Shown piece after piece: positions 1 to 7,904 of a stretch of 64,000 bases of DNA. Every line of letters starts with the position of its first letter. Within the stretch, counting starts at the first letter, position 1. Under the pieces are notes generated by a model. It searched no databases. It was not told the origin of the DNA and saw only the letters and a list, made by a program, of their open reading frames with translations. Position numbers and translations under genes: made by a program. Source of the stretch: Chloroflexota bacterium. GTDB lineage: Bacteria; Chloroflexota; Dormibacteria; Dormibacterales; Dormibacteraceae. The DNA lies in NCBI GenBank assembly GCA_003446775.1, contig DMCH01000158.1, positions 21,650 through 85,649 of the forward strand. The letters are read 5' to 3'.

Positions 1-246
1 GCGGAGGATGAGGGTCTCGACGCGATCTTCAAGGCCGCGGGTTTCGAGTGGCGCAACGCGGGGTGCTCGATGTGTCTCGGCATGAACCCAGACATCCTGG
101 CTCCCGGCGAGCGATGCGCGTCGACCAGCAACCGCAACTTCGAGGGCCGGCAGGGTGCCGGCGGGCGCACGCACCTGATGAGCCCCCCAATGGCGGCCGC
201 GGCCGCGGTGACCGGCCACCTGGTCGACGTTCGCGAGTTGCTCTAA
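1..246 (+). CDS. leuC: 3-isopropylmalate dehydratase large subunit, C-terminal fragment (5' end outside window)
   Basis: Frame +1 reads [62 protein letters not shown], with aconitase-family CSMCLGMN and [10 protein letters not shown] motifs. TAA at 244-246. leuD starts 2 nt later. Confidence 0.9.
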   Translation, partial: AEDEGLDAIFKAAGFEWRNAGCSMCLGMNPDILAPGERCASTSNRNFEGRQGAGGRTHLMSPPMAAAAAVTGHLVDVRELL

Positions 247-248
247 GG

Positions 249-836
249 ATGGAGGCCGTCAAGCGCGTCACCGGCCGGATGCTTCCCCTGGACCGCGCGG
301 ACGTGGACACGGACCAGATCATTCCGAAGCAGTTCCTCAAGCGCATCGAGCGGACCGGCTTCGGCCCATTCCTCTTCTATGACTGGCGGCAGGCGGAGGA
401 CTTCGTTCTCAACAGACCGGAGCACGACGGCGCGTCGGTGATGGTCACCGGCGCAAATTTCGGCTGCGGCTCGTCGCGCGAGCACGCGCCGTGGGCGATT
501 CGCGACGCGGGCTTCCGCGCCATCGTGGCGCCGACCTTCGCGGACATCTTCAAGGCCAACTGCTACAAAACCGGATTGCTGGCGGTGACGCTGCCAGAAA
601 GCCAGGTCCGCCACCTTATCGACCTCGCGTCGGAAGATCCTGCGGCCGAGGTCACCGTCGACTTGGTGACGCAAGAGGTGCGCGGCGACTGGTTCGCCTA
701 CCGATTCGAGATCGACGCGTTTGTGCGCGAGTGCCTGCTTGGAGGCCTGGACGAGATCGGGCTCGTCGAGCGCCACCAGTCATCGATCTCCGCGTTCGAA
801 GGCCGTCGCGCGGCGTTTCTACCCGCGGTCAAGTGA
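249..836 (+). CDS. leuD: 3-isopropylmalate dehydratase small subunit
   Basis: ATG 249 inside track ORF 48..836. MEAVKRVTGRMLPLDRADVDTDQIIPKQFLKRIERTGFGPFLFYDWR and GANFGCGSSREHAPWA are LeuD signatures. Lies directly after leuC. Confidence 0.9.
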   Translation: MEAVKRVTGRMLPLDRADVDTDQIIPKQFLKRIERTGFGPFLFYDWRQAEDFVLNRPEHDGASVMVTGANFGCGSSREHAPWAIRDAGFRAIVAPTFADIFKANCYKTGLLAVTLPESQVRHLIDLASEDPAAEVTVDLVTQEVRGDWFAYRFEIDAFVRECLLGGLDEIGLVERHQSSISAFEGRRAAFLPAVK

Positions 837-2011
837 GGTCCGAGTTTCTCAGCTTCTCACCACCCCTCATCGGAGAGGAGGAGATAGAGGAGGTCGTGAA
901 GGCGCTGCGCTCGGGCTGGATCACGACCGGTCCTCGGGTCGACCGCTTCCAGTCCGAGTTTCGCGACTTCATCGGAGCGGAGGCGGCGCTGGCGCTCAAC
1001 TCGTGCACCGGCGCGCTGCACATCGCTTTGGCAGTGCTCGGTATTGGACCAGGCGACCGAGTGGTCAGCACGCCGATGACATTTGCCTCGACCATCCACG
1101 TCATCGAACACGTCGGCGCGCAGCCGGTGCTGGTGGACGTCGAACCGGACACCCTGAACATCGACCCGGAACGCATCGAGGCCGCAGTGCGCGCCGATCC
1201 GACGATCAAGGCGATCATGCCGGTCCACCTCTACGGCCACCCGTGTGAGATGGACGCGATCCTCGACATCGCGCGGCGCTACAAGCTGGCGGTGATCGAA
1301 GACGCCGCGCACGCGCTGCCCGCGTCGTATCGCGGCCGGATGATCGGCGCTCCAGCCGGAGGCGATGTCACCAACCTGGTCGCGTTCTCGTTCTACGCGA
1401 ACAAGAACCTGGCCACAGGTGAAGGCGGGATGCTGACGGGCCCGCAGGACCTCATAGATCAGGCGCGCAAGTGGTCCCTCCACGGGATGAGCAGGGATGC
1501 TCACCAGCGCTACGCGGAGGAGGGCTCGTGGTTTTACGAGGTGGAGCTGCCTGGCTTCAAATACAACATGCCCGACGTCCAGGCCGCGATCGGAATCCAC
1601 CAGCTCGCGAAACTGCCCGCCATGCAGCGGAGGCGGAAAGAGATCGTGGACCAGTACGACGAAGCCTTAGCTGGCCTAGTTGGACTGGAGCGCCCTGTAC
1701 AGCGCCCGCACGTCGAGCACGCCTGTCACGTTTACCCCATTCGCCTCAACCTCGAGCGCCTGACCATCAACCGATCGCGTTTCATCGCCGAGCTGAGGGA
1801 ACGGAACATCGGCTCCTCGGTGCACTTCATCCCGATCCACATCCATCCGTACTACCGCGACAAATACGGCTTCAAGCCGGACCACTTCCCGATTGCTTAC
1901 GGCGCATATCAGCGCCTGGTTTCTCTGCCGCTGAGCCCGAAATTCACCGACGGTGACGTCGCCGACGTCATCGAGGCCGTCACCGACATCCTGGAGAAGA
2001 ATTCGCGCTAG
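833..2011 (+). CDS. DegT/DnrJ/EryC1/StrS-family PLP-dependent sugar aminotransferase (ArnB/PseC-like)
   Basis: GTG 833 overlaps the leuD stop (GTGA). The 5' part of track ORF 491..2011 overlaps leuD and is discarded. Motifs: FSPPLIGEEEIEEVVKALRSGWITTGPRV, EDAAHALPA, FSFYANKNLATGEGGM. Confidence 0.85.
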   Translation: MRSEFLSFSPPLIGEEEIEEVVKALRSGWITTGPRVDRFQSEFRDFIGAEAALALNSCTGALHIALAVLGIGPGDRVVSTPMTFASTIHVIEHVGAQPVLVDVEPDTLNIDPERIEAAVRADPTIKAIMPVHLYGHPCEMDAILDIARRYKLAVIEDAAHALPASYRGRMIGAPAGGDVTNLVAFSFYANKNLATGEGGMLTGPQDLIDQARKWSLHGMSRDAHQRYAEEGSWFYEVELPGFKYNMPDVQAAIGIHQLAKLPAMQRRRKEIVDQYDEALAGLVGLERPVQRPHVEHACHVYPIRLNLERLTINRSRFIAELRERNIGSSVHFIPIHIHPYYRDKYGFKPDHFPIAYGAYQRLVSLPLSPKFTDGDVADVIEAVTDILEKNSR

Positions 2012-2021
2012 GTCGGCTATC

Positions 2022-2087
2022 GGTTAGTGCGACTCCCCACGCGGCTGCGCCCTGCGGGCGGAGCCGACCTCCCCACAAGTGGGGAGG
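2022..2087 (-). repeat. Family-A palindromic intergenic element, short copy
   Basis: GGTTAGTGCGACTCCCC...CCGACCTCCCCACAAGTGGGGAGG. Both termini recur, inverted, at 11865-12004. The perfect hairpin CCTCCCCAC-AA-GTGGGGAGG is at 2068-2087. Sits between two convergent gene ends, so it may act as a terminator. Confidence 0.7.
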
Positions 2088-2095
2088 CCAGGAGG

Positions 2096-5000
2096 CTACG
2101 TCAACGTGTACGAGGTCCCGGGGAAGTAAGCGTCGTAGGCGGCCGCGCTGCTCGCGTCGCGGACCCAGACCGAGTAGCGGTAGGTGCCGGCGGGCAATCC
2201 TGTCGTGTTCCAGCTGAATGAGGCGTTGCCGGAGTAGGCCTGCACAATCGTCCAGCTGCCGCCAGGGGCAAGGAGCCAGAACTCGTAGCGCGGATTGGTG
2301 CACCCCGAAGCGCTGGCGGTGATGGTGATGGTGGTGCCATGCGCTTGCGGGGAAGTGGGCGCCGCGGAGGCGGTCACCGAGGTGCAAGGCGTGGTCGTGA
2401 GCGTGTACACCGTGCCGGGGACGAACGCGTCGTAGGCGGCCGAGCTGCTGACGTCGCGCACCCAGACCGAGTAGCTGTAAGTGCCCGCGTGCGGGTTCGT
2501 GTTCCAGTTGAATGTGGCGCTGCTCGAATAACCCTGGGCAATCGTCCAGCTGCCTCCGGGGGACAGGATCCAGAACTCGTAGCGCGCGTTGGGGCAGCCT
2601 GAGGCGCTGGCCGAGATGGTGACGAGGGTGCCCGCCGCCTGCGGGGAGGCCGGCGCAGCGGAGGCGGCTACTGAGGTGCATGTCGCAGAGGTCAGCGTGA
2701 ACGCGATACCCGGCAAGTAACTGTCGTAAGCGGCCGCGCTGCTGGCGTCGCGGACCCACACGGAGTAGCGGTAGATGCCGGCAGGCGGGGTCGTGTTCCA
2801 GTTGAACGTCGCACTGGCGGAATAGGCCTGCGCGATGGTCCAGCTGCCTCCAGGGGTCAGGAGCCAGAACTCATATCGCGGGTTGGGGCAGCCCGAGGCG
2901 CTGGCGGTGATGGCGACGGGCGTGCCAGCTGTTTGCGGGGAGGCCGGCGCCGCGGACGCGGTTACCGAAGTACAGGCCCCGGACGTCAGCGTGTACGGGA
3001 TGCCCGGGACGTATGTGTCGTAGCTGGCGCCCACGCTGCTGGCGTCGCGAACCCAGACTGATACGTAATAATTGCCGACCGCATCGCCGGTGGTGTTCCA
3101 GTTGAAAGTGGCGCTGCTGGAGTAAGCCTGCGCCACTGTCCAGCTGCCTCCTGGAGGAAGAATCCAGAACTGGTAGCGCGGGTTAGGGCAAAAAGAGGCG
3201 CTGGCGGAAGCGGTCACAACGATCTGTGTCCCGACGAACTGCGGCGAAGGCACGCTCGGGCTCAGAGTCGCGCCGGTGCATGCGTTGATCACAAAGGGAA
3301 CGACTGTGTACTGGTCGTAGGAGACCGGTCGTGTGGAGTCACGGACGTCGACCTCGAAGTTGTAGTTACCGCCTGGCGCGCCCGCCGTCGACCACGTATA
3401 TGTGCGCGACGTGCTGTAGTCCTGCAACAGCGTCCAACCTGCGCCTGGGGTCTGGTAGTAGAACCTGTAGAGCGGCGAGGGACAGATGGTCGTGGTTGCC
3501 GTGAAAGTGACCATGGTGCTCGGGCCCTGCGGCGAGGGCGGGTTGGCCGTGAGTGTGGGCGCCGTGCAGGCCGGGTTGGCAAGCGTGAACGTGACGCTGG
3601 CGCTCGCCTCAGCGGCGGTGGTCGCTCCCACATTCCTCACCTCGGCCCTGAGGCCGTAGCCACCTAGGGGCTGTCCGGTGGTGTTCCAGCTGTACGTGCT
3701 CGCGCTGCCATAGTCCTGGACGACGCCATAAGACTGGTTCGGTTTGGCAATCGAAAAGCGGTACTGCGGTGTGCCGGGACAGGTCGCGGCGGCAGTCAGC
3801 ACAACAGTGGCGCCGGGAGTCTGCGGCGGCGCGGGACTGGTCGCAAGTGTCACCGCGCTGCAGGCAGTCAGGACAAACGAGAGCTGGACGCTCTGCATCG
3901 TGTTCGGCGCAGCTGCTCCGCCCTTGGCGTCGAGCTCGAGGCCATAGGTCCCGCCAACACCGTTTCCGACCCACGTGAACGTGCTGCTGGCGCTGAAATC
4001 CTGCACCACCGCGTAAGCGCCACCAGGCGGCTGGATCATGAACCGGTACTGCGGTGCGCCCACACACGTCGCGCTGCCCGTGAGCAAGACCTGCGAGCCG
4101 GTCGGCTGAGGCGATGTCTTGTCCGTCGTAAACGCGGCGCCGGAGCACGACGTCAGCGAGAACGGCATCGACTGGGATGCTTCAGACGCAGAGCTGACTG
4201 ATTTCACACGCACGTCGACGGAGAAGATGTATGCGCCGTAAGGATTGCTCGTCGTGTTCCACGCATAGGTCGCGGTCGGGCTATAGGGCTCGACGACGCT
4301 GGTGGTCCCGCCCGGAGACGTCTCCGAGAACTGGTACTCGGGCGTACCCGAGCATGTGCCCACCGCTGTGAACACAACCTGCGTGCTCGGCAGCTGCGGC
4401 GACGCGTGGTCGGCGGTGAGCGACGGCGTCGAACAGCGCGCGAGGCGGAACGAAATCGTCGCCACCGTGTCGTAGGTCACCGAAGAGCCGGCGTTCCTGG
4501 CGGCAACCTGCACGGAGTACGTGCCGAGCGGTGTGTTTGATGCTGTGTTCCACGTCCACGTGCTGGTGGTCGAGTAAGCCCGTGCCACAGCCCATGCGCC
4601 GCCAGGAGGCTGGAGGTAGAACTGGTACTCCGGGGTGCCCGCGCAGAACGCGCTGCCTGTGAACGTGATGGCTGCGCCGGGGATCTGCGGCGTCGGCTTG
4701 TCGGCGCTGATGGCGCCGGCGGAGCACTGGCCGAACTTGCTGAGGATCATGTTCCAGAGCTCCGGCGCTCCACCGCCGTAGTTCAGGGCGAAGATGCCCG
4801 CACCGCGCAGGCCGTCGCGGATGACGAGGTCGTACTTGTTGCCCAGCGCCGTGGCGTCGTCCCAGTACATCTCGCGAGTGCAGCCTGCGGTCGAGCTCGT
4901 CCACGTGTCCCAGCGCGTGGCGCTGCCAGCGTCGCGCGTGACGCGGTGGATGTGGTAGTCGCTGTTGTAGACGTATCCGTTCTCAGTCGAAGCGTCCAGG

Positions 5001-6139
5001 TACCCGTCGGCTACTGCCTGCGTGCTTGCCACCGCATTTTCCGGGGCGTTGCTGGGCGTGTAGCCGGCGACGCATACCTTGCGGCCGTAGTAGGGCATGC
5101 CCATGATCACCTTGGACCCGGGCACCACCGCCCTGTACTCAGACGAGGCGCGGCCCTGGTTGAAGAGGTACGTCGAGAGCGGCGACGTGGGGCCGATGCA
5201 GAAGCTGGGGCAGCTCAGCGGCGGCGAGTCCCAGTTTGCGTACTCCATGTCGTACGCCATCACGAAGAATGAATCCGCGTAGCTCGCGAGAGCAGCGATG
5301 TCGAAGAAACCGAGAAACGGACAGGTGCTGCAGTCGCGAAAGCCGGCCGAACCTGAGTACGTGTCCACGGAGATGTATGAGGACGGGAGCGCCGCCCGCA
5401 TGTTCTTCACGAATGTCGTGAAGAGCGATTGAGAAGACTGCACCGCCCCGGTGCTTGGATCCGTGCAGTTTGTGTTGTTGCTCTCGTAGTCGATGTTTAC
5501 CCCGTCGATACCCTTATCGGCGACCTGCGCGACAGTGCGCTGGATCGTCAACGTGCTCCGTGGAGCCTGCAGGGCCGAGCACATGTTGGGCGTGCCGTAT
5601 GTCGAGTCGAACATGATGAGGGTCAGGACCACCTTCGTCCCGTTCGCGTGAGCGGTTTGGATCAATCCCGGCACAGGTCCATAGGGGTCATTCCAGATGG
5701 ACAGCGCGGAGTCATCGCTGAAGTCGCCGCTCCACGTGACATGCACTCCGAAGTACGCGACGGTCGACAGCAGTGACATGTTCCAAGACGGATAGCCGAC
5801 CGTGGGATCGCCAAGGCTGCTCGCAAACGCAAAGCCGAAAACCTCGCGAAACATCCGGGGGTTGCTCACGTCCTGAACGGATGTGGTTTTGGCGAGGGCA
5901 AGCGGCGCGTAGGTGTGAATAGGGGCGGTGGCTTCGAACTGCGCCGCGGCGGCCATCGTGGGCGATGCGCTGTCTCGGAACTTCCGCAAGGCCGCACTCT
6001 CAGGGGCGATCGCAGCCGCGGGCCGAGCCGCGTGAGGCGGGCTCGACGCCTGAACCGGGCCCACCGGGATCAGCGCAATCAGCGGCACCACACCGCAGAT
6101 CAATGCTCCGACGAAATGGCGCAACCGGTGCTTGGACAT
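2096..6139 (-). CDS. Secreted GH18-like glycosidase with nine C-terminal ~97-aa two-Cys repeats
   Basis: Track ORF 2096..6169. ATG 6139 is preferred: MSKHRLRHFVGALICGVVPLIALIP is signal-like and has the same MSKH start as the gene at 15605. GH18 catalytic-region motif GIDGVNIDYE at 5483-5506. Repeats run from Cys codon 4726 to the last codon at 2099. Confidence 0.85.
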   Translation of the reverse strand: MSKHRLRHFVGALICGVVPLIALIPVGPVQASSPPHAARPAAAIAPESAALRKFRDSASPTMAAAAQFEATAPIHTYAPLALAKTTSVQDVSNPRMFREVFGFAFASSLGDPTVGYPSWNMSLLSTVAYFGVHVTWSGDFSDDSALSIWNDPYGPVPGLIQTAHANGTKVVLTLIMFDSTYGTPNMCSALQAPRSTLTIQRTVAQVADKGIDGVNIDYESNNTNCTDPSTGAVQSSQSLFTTFVKNMRAALPSSYISVDTYSGSAGFRDCSTCPFLGFFDIAALASYADSFFVMAYDMEYANWDSPPLSCPSFCIGPTSPLSTYLFNQGRASSEYRAVVPGSKVIMGMPYYGRKVCVAGYTPSNAPENAVASTQAVADGYLDASTENGYVYNSDYHIHRVTRDAGSATRWDTWTSSTAGCTREMYWDDATALGNKYDLVIRDGLRGAGIFALNYGGGAPELWNMILSKFGQCSAGAISADKPTPQIPGAAITFTGSAFCAGTPEYQFYLQPPGGAWAVARAYSTTSTWTWNTASNTPLGTYSVQVAARNAGSSVTYDTVATISFRLARCSTPSLTADHASPQLPSTQVVFTAVGTCSGTPEYQFSETSPGGTTSVVEPYSPTATYAWNTTSNPYGAYIFSVDVRVKSVSSASEASQSMPFSLTSCSGAAFTTDKTSPQPTGSQVLLTGSATCVGAPQYRFMIQPPGGAYAVVQDFSASSTFTWVGNGVGGTYGLELDAKGGAAAPNTMQSVQLSFVLTACSAVTLATSPAPPQTPGATVVLTAAATCPGTPQYRFSIAKPNQSYGVVQDYGSASTYSWNTTGQPLGGYGLRAEVRNVGATTAAEASASVTFTLANPACTAPTLTANPPSPQGPSTMVTFTATTTICPSPLYRFYYQTPGAGWTLLQDYSTSRTYTWSTAGAPGGNYNFEVDVRDSTRPVSYDQYTVVPFVINACTGATLSPSVPSPQFVGTQIVVTASASASFCPNPRYQFWILPPGGSWTVAQAYSSSATFNWNTTGDAVGNYYVSVWVRDASSVGASYDTYVPGIPYTLTSGACTSVTASAAPASPQTAGTPVAITASASGCPNPRYEFWLLTPGGSWTIAQAYSASATFNWNTTPPAGIYRYSVWVRDASSAAAYDSYLPGIAFTLTSATCTSVAASAAPASPQAAGTLVTISASASGCPNARYEFWILSPGGSWTIAQGYSSSATFNWNTNPHAGTYSYSVWVRDVSSSAAYDAFVPGTVYTLTTTPCTSVTASAAPTSPQAHGTTITITASASGCTNPRYEFWLLAPGGSWTIVQAYSGNASFSWNTTGLPAGTYRYSVWVRDASSAAAYDAYFPGTSYTLT
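2099..4726 (-). repeat. Coding tandem array, 9 units of the two-Cys YEFW repeat
   Basis: Units read from the translation. The five N-proximal units are divergent (e.g. CSAGAISADKPTPQIPGAAITFTGSAFCAGTPEYQFYLQPPGGAW). The four C-proximal units are near consensus (CTSVTASAAPASPQ...SGCPNPRYEFWLL). Confidence 0.9.
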
Positions 6140-6155
6140 GGGCAAAACCAAACGC

Positions 6156-6185
6156 ACTCTAGGCTCCATCGCCCATCAAGGTCAA
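6156..6185 (-). promoter_or_regulatory. Putative sigma70-type promoter, TTGACC-18-TAGAGT
   Basis: Minus strand: TTGACC (6185-6180), 18-nt spacer, TAGAGT (6161-6156), 16 nt before ATG 6139. The CTAGAGTG motif recurs upstream of the genes at 58180 and 15605. Confidence 0.4.
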
Positions 6186-6204
6186 ATCACGGATGTAAAC
6201 GGAT

Positions 6205-7872
6205 TTAAGGCTTGAGGATTGCGCCTTCAGATGCCGATCCGACGAGCAGCGCGTACCTGGCGAGGACGCCCTTGCGGTAGTTCGGCTCGGGTGGCGACCA
6301 GCCCTTCAATCTCGCCGCGATGTCGACGCCTTCGACCGCCAGCTTCCGGCTTTCCACATCGATGCTGATGATGTCCCCGTCCTGGATCGCCGCGATTGGG
6401 CCGCCAACCGCAGCCTCGGGCGCGACGTGACCGATCATCAACCCGCGGGTGGCGCCCGAGAAACGGCCGTCCGTGACCATCGCAACCGTTTCCCCCAGGC
6501 CCTCGCCCACGATCGCCGCTGTGACCTGAAGCATCTCTCGCATCCCCGGCCCGCCGCGCGGGCCTTCGTATCGAATCACGACTGTGTCGCCGGGCTTGAT
6601 CTTCCCGCCCACCACCGCCGCGAAAGCGTCCTCTTCGCGATTGAAAACGCGAGCCGGGCCGCGATGGTTCCTCGGTGTGTGCTGCGTGACCTTGACCACG
6701 GAACCGTCGGGTGCGAGCGAGCCGCGAAGAACCACAAGCCCTCCCTCATCACGCAGCGGTCGCGCCAGCGGCGCCACCACCTCCTGGCCCGGCGTCTCTT
6801 TCACGTTCTCGCATTCCTCGCCGAGCGTGCGGCCGGTGACAGTGAGCGCATCGCCGTCGACGAAGCCGCCTTCGATCAACCTCTTCGTCAGCACCCCGAT
6901 GCCGCCGGCACGGTGCAGCTCGACCGCGGCAAAGCGGCCGCCCGGCTTGAGGTCGCACAGCAGCGGGGTGCGCCGGCTGATGCGGTCGATGTCGTCGATG
7001 TCGAGCTCCACGCCCACTTCGCGGGCCATGGCTAGGAGGTGCAGCACCGCATTGGTCGAGCCGCCGCTCGCCGCCACGGCGGCGATGGCGTTCTCGAACG
7101 CCCGCCGTGTGAGGATGCGCGAGGGCCGAAGGTCCTGTTCCAGCACCGAAAGGATCAGGCGGCCCGCCGCTTCCGCCGCGCGAGGCTTTTCCGGGTCCAT
7201 CGCAGGAATCGAGTTGAAGCCGAACGGGGAGAGTCCGATGACCTCCATCAACATCGACATCGTGTTCGCGGTGTACTGGCCGCCGCACGCGCCAGGTCCA
7301 GGGCACGCGACCAGCTCGAGCTCCGCCAGGTCAGCTTCGCTCATCTTGCCCGCGGCGACAGCCCCGATCGCCTCGTAGACCTCACCTACAGCCACGTCTC
7401 GACCCCGAAACCGCCCCGGCATGATCGAGCCGCCATAGAGAAGGATGCCCGGGCGGTCGAGCCTGATGAGTGCGATCGCGGAAGCCGGGATCGTCTTGTC
7501 GCACGCGCAGATGGCGCACATGGCGTCGAACTGGTGCCCGCGACCGACGAGCTCGATGGAGTCGGCAATGACCTCGCGGCTGACCAGCGAGGTCTTCATG
7601 CCCTCGCTGCCCATCGTGATGCCGTCGGAGATCGCGATGGTGTTGAACTCCATCGGGTTGGCGCCCGCGGCCTTGATGCCAGCCTTGACCGGGACCGCCA
7701 GCTCGCGCAGCCCGAAGTTGCAGGGCATGGTCTCGGTCCAGCAGTTGGACACGCCGACAAACGGCTTGTTGATGTCCTCGGCGGTCAGCCCGATCGCATA
7801 TAGAAAGGATCGAGCCCCAGCCCGGTCGCGGCCCTGATACAGCGAGCGGCTCGGGAGCTCTCGAGGTGGCAC
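6205..7872 (-). CDS. ilvD: Dihydroxy-acid dehydratase
   Basis: 555-aa ORF. Reads [48 protein letters not shown], and [14 protein letters not shown], typical of IlvD/Edd. Confidence 0.92.
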   Translation of the reverse strand: MPPRELPSRSLYQGRDRAGARSFLYAIGLTAEDINKPFVGVSNCWTETMPCNFGLRELAVPVKAGIKAAGANPMEFNTIAISDGITMGSEGMKTSLVSREVIADSIELVGRGHQFDAMCAICACDKTIPASAIALIRLDRPGILLYGGSIMPGRFRGRDVAVGEVYEAIGAVAAGKMSEADLAELELVACPGPGACGGQYTANTMSMLMEVIGLSPFGFNSIPAMDPEKPRAAEAAGRLILSVLEQDLRPSRILTRRAFENAIAAVAASGGSTNAVLHLLAMAREVGVELDIDDIDRISRRTPLLCDLKPGGRFAAVELHRAGGIGVLTKRLIEGGFVDGDALTVTGRTLGEECENVKETPGQEVVAPLARPLRDEGGLVVLRGSLAPDGSVVKVTQHTPRNHRGPARVFNREEDAFAAVVGGKIKPGDTVVIRYEGPRGGPGMREMLQVTAAIVGEGLGETVAMVTDGRFSGATRGLMIGHVAPEAAVGGPIAAIQDGDIISIDVESRKLAVEGVDIAARLKGWSPPEPNYRKGVLARYALLVGSASEGAILKP

Positions 7873-7904
7873 GACGAAAGTCTATCTGCCTCGCACCGGC
7901 CGAT

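Noticed and set aside
491-832. 5' extensions of track ORFs: 491-832, 31639-32196, 33626-33931 (-), 40625-41422 (-), 41761-42015 (-), 48966-49364, 50882-50944, 53514-53657 and 61942-61989.
   Set aside because: The extensions overlap the preceding gene or repeat elements, are low-complexity, and lie upstream of start codons that give family-typical N-termini.
2101-2340. A family of ~79-80-aa ORFs (MAPRSPSPP...TRSGSATPAARP...), also at 11615-11854, 15194-15433, 18018-18260, 21623-21865, 25824-26099, 28045-28284 and 55762-56004, recurring in an alternative frame of the terminal stalk repeat.
   Set aside because: They recur only because the underlying DNA is repeated. They are Pro/Arg/Ser/Thr-rich translations of an off-frame of GC-rich coding sequence, and the main frame has clear domain structure.
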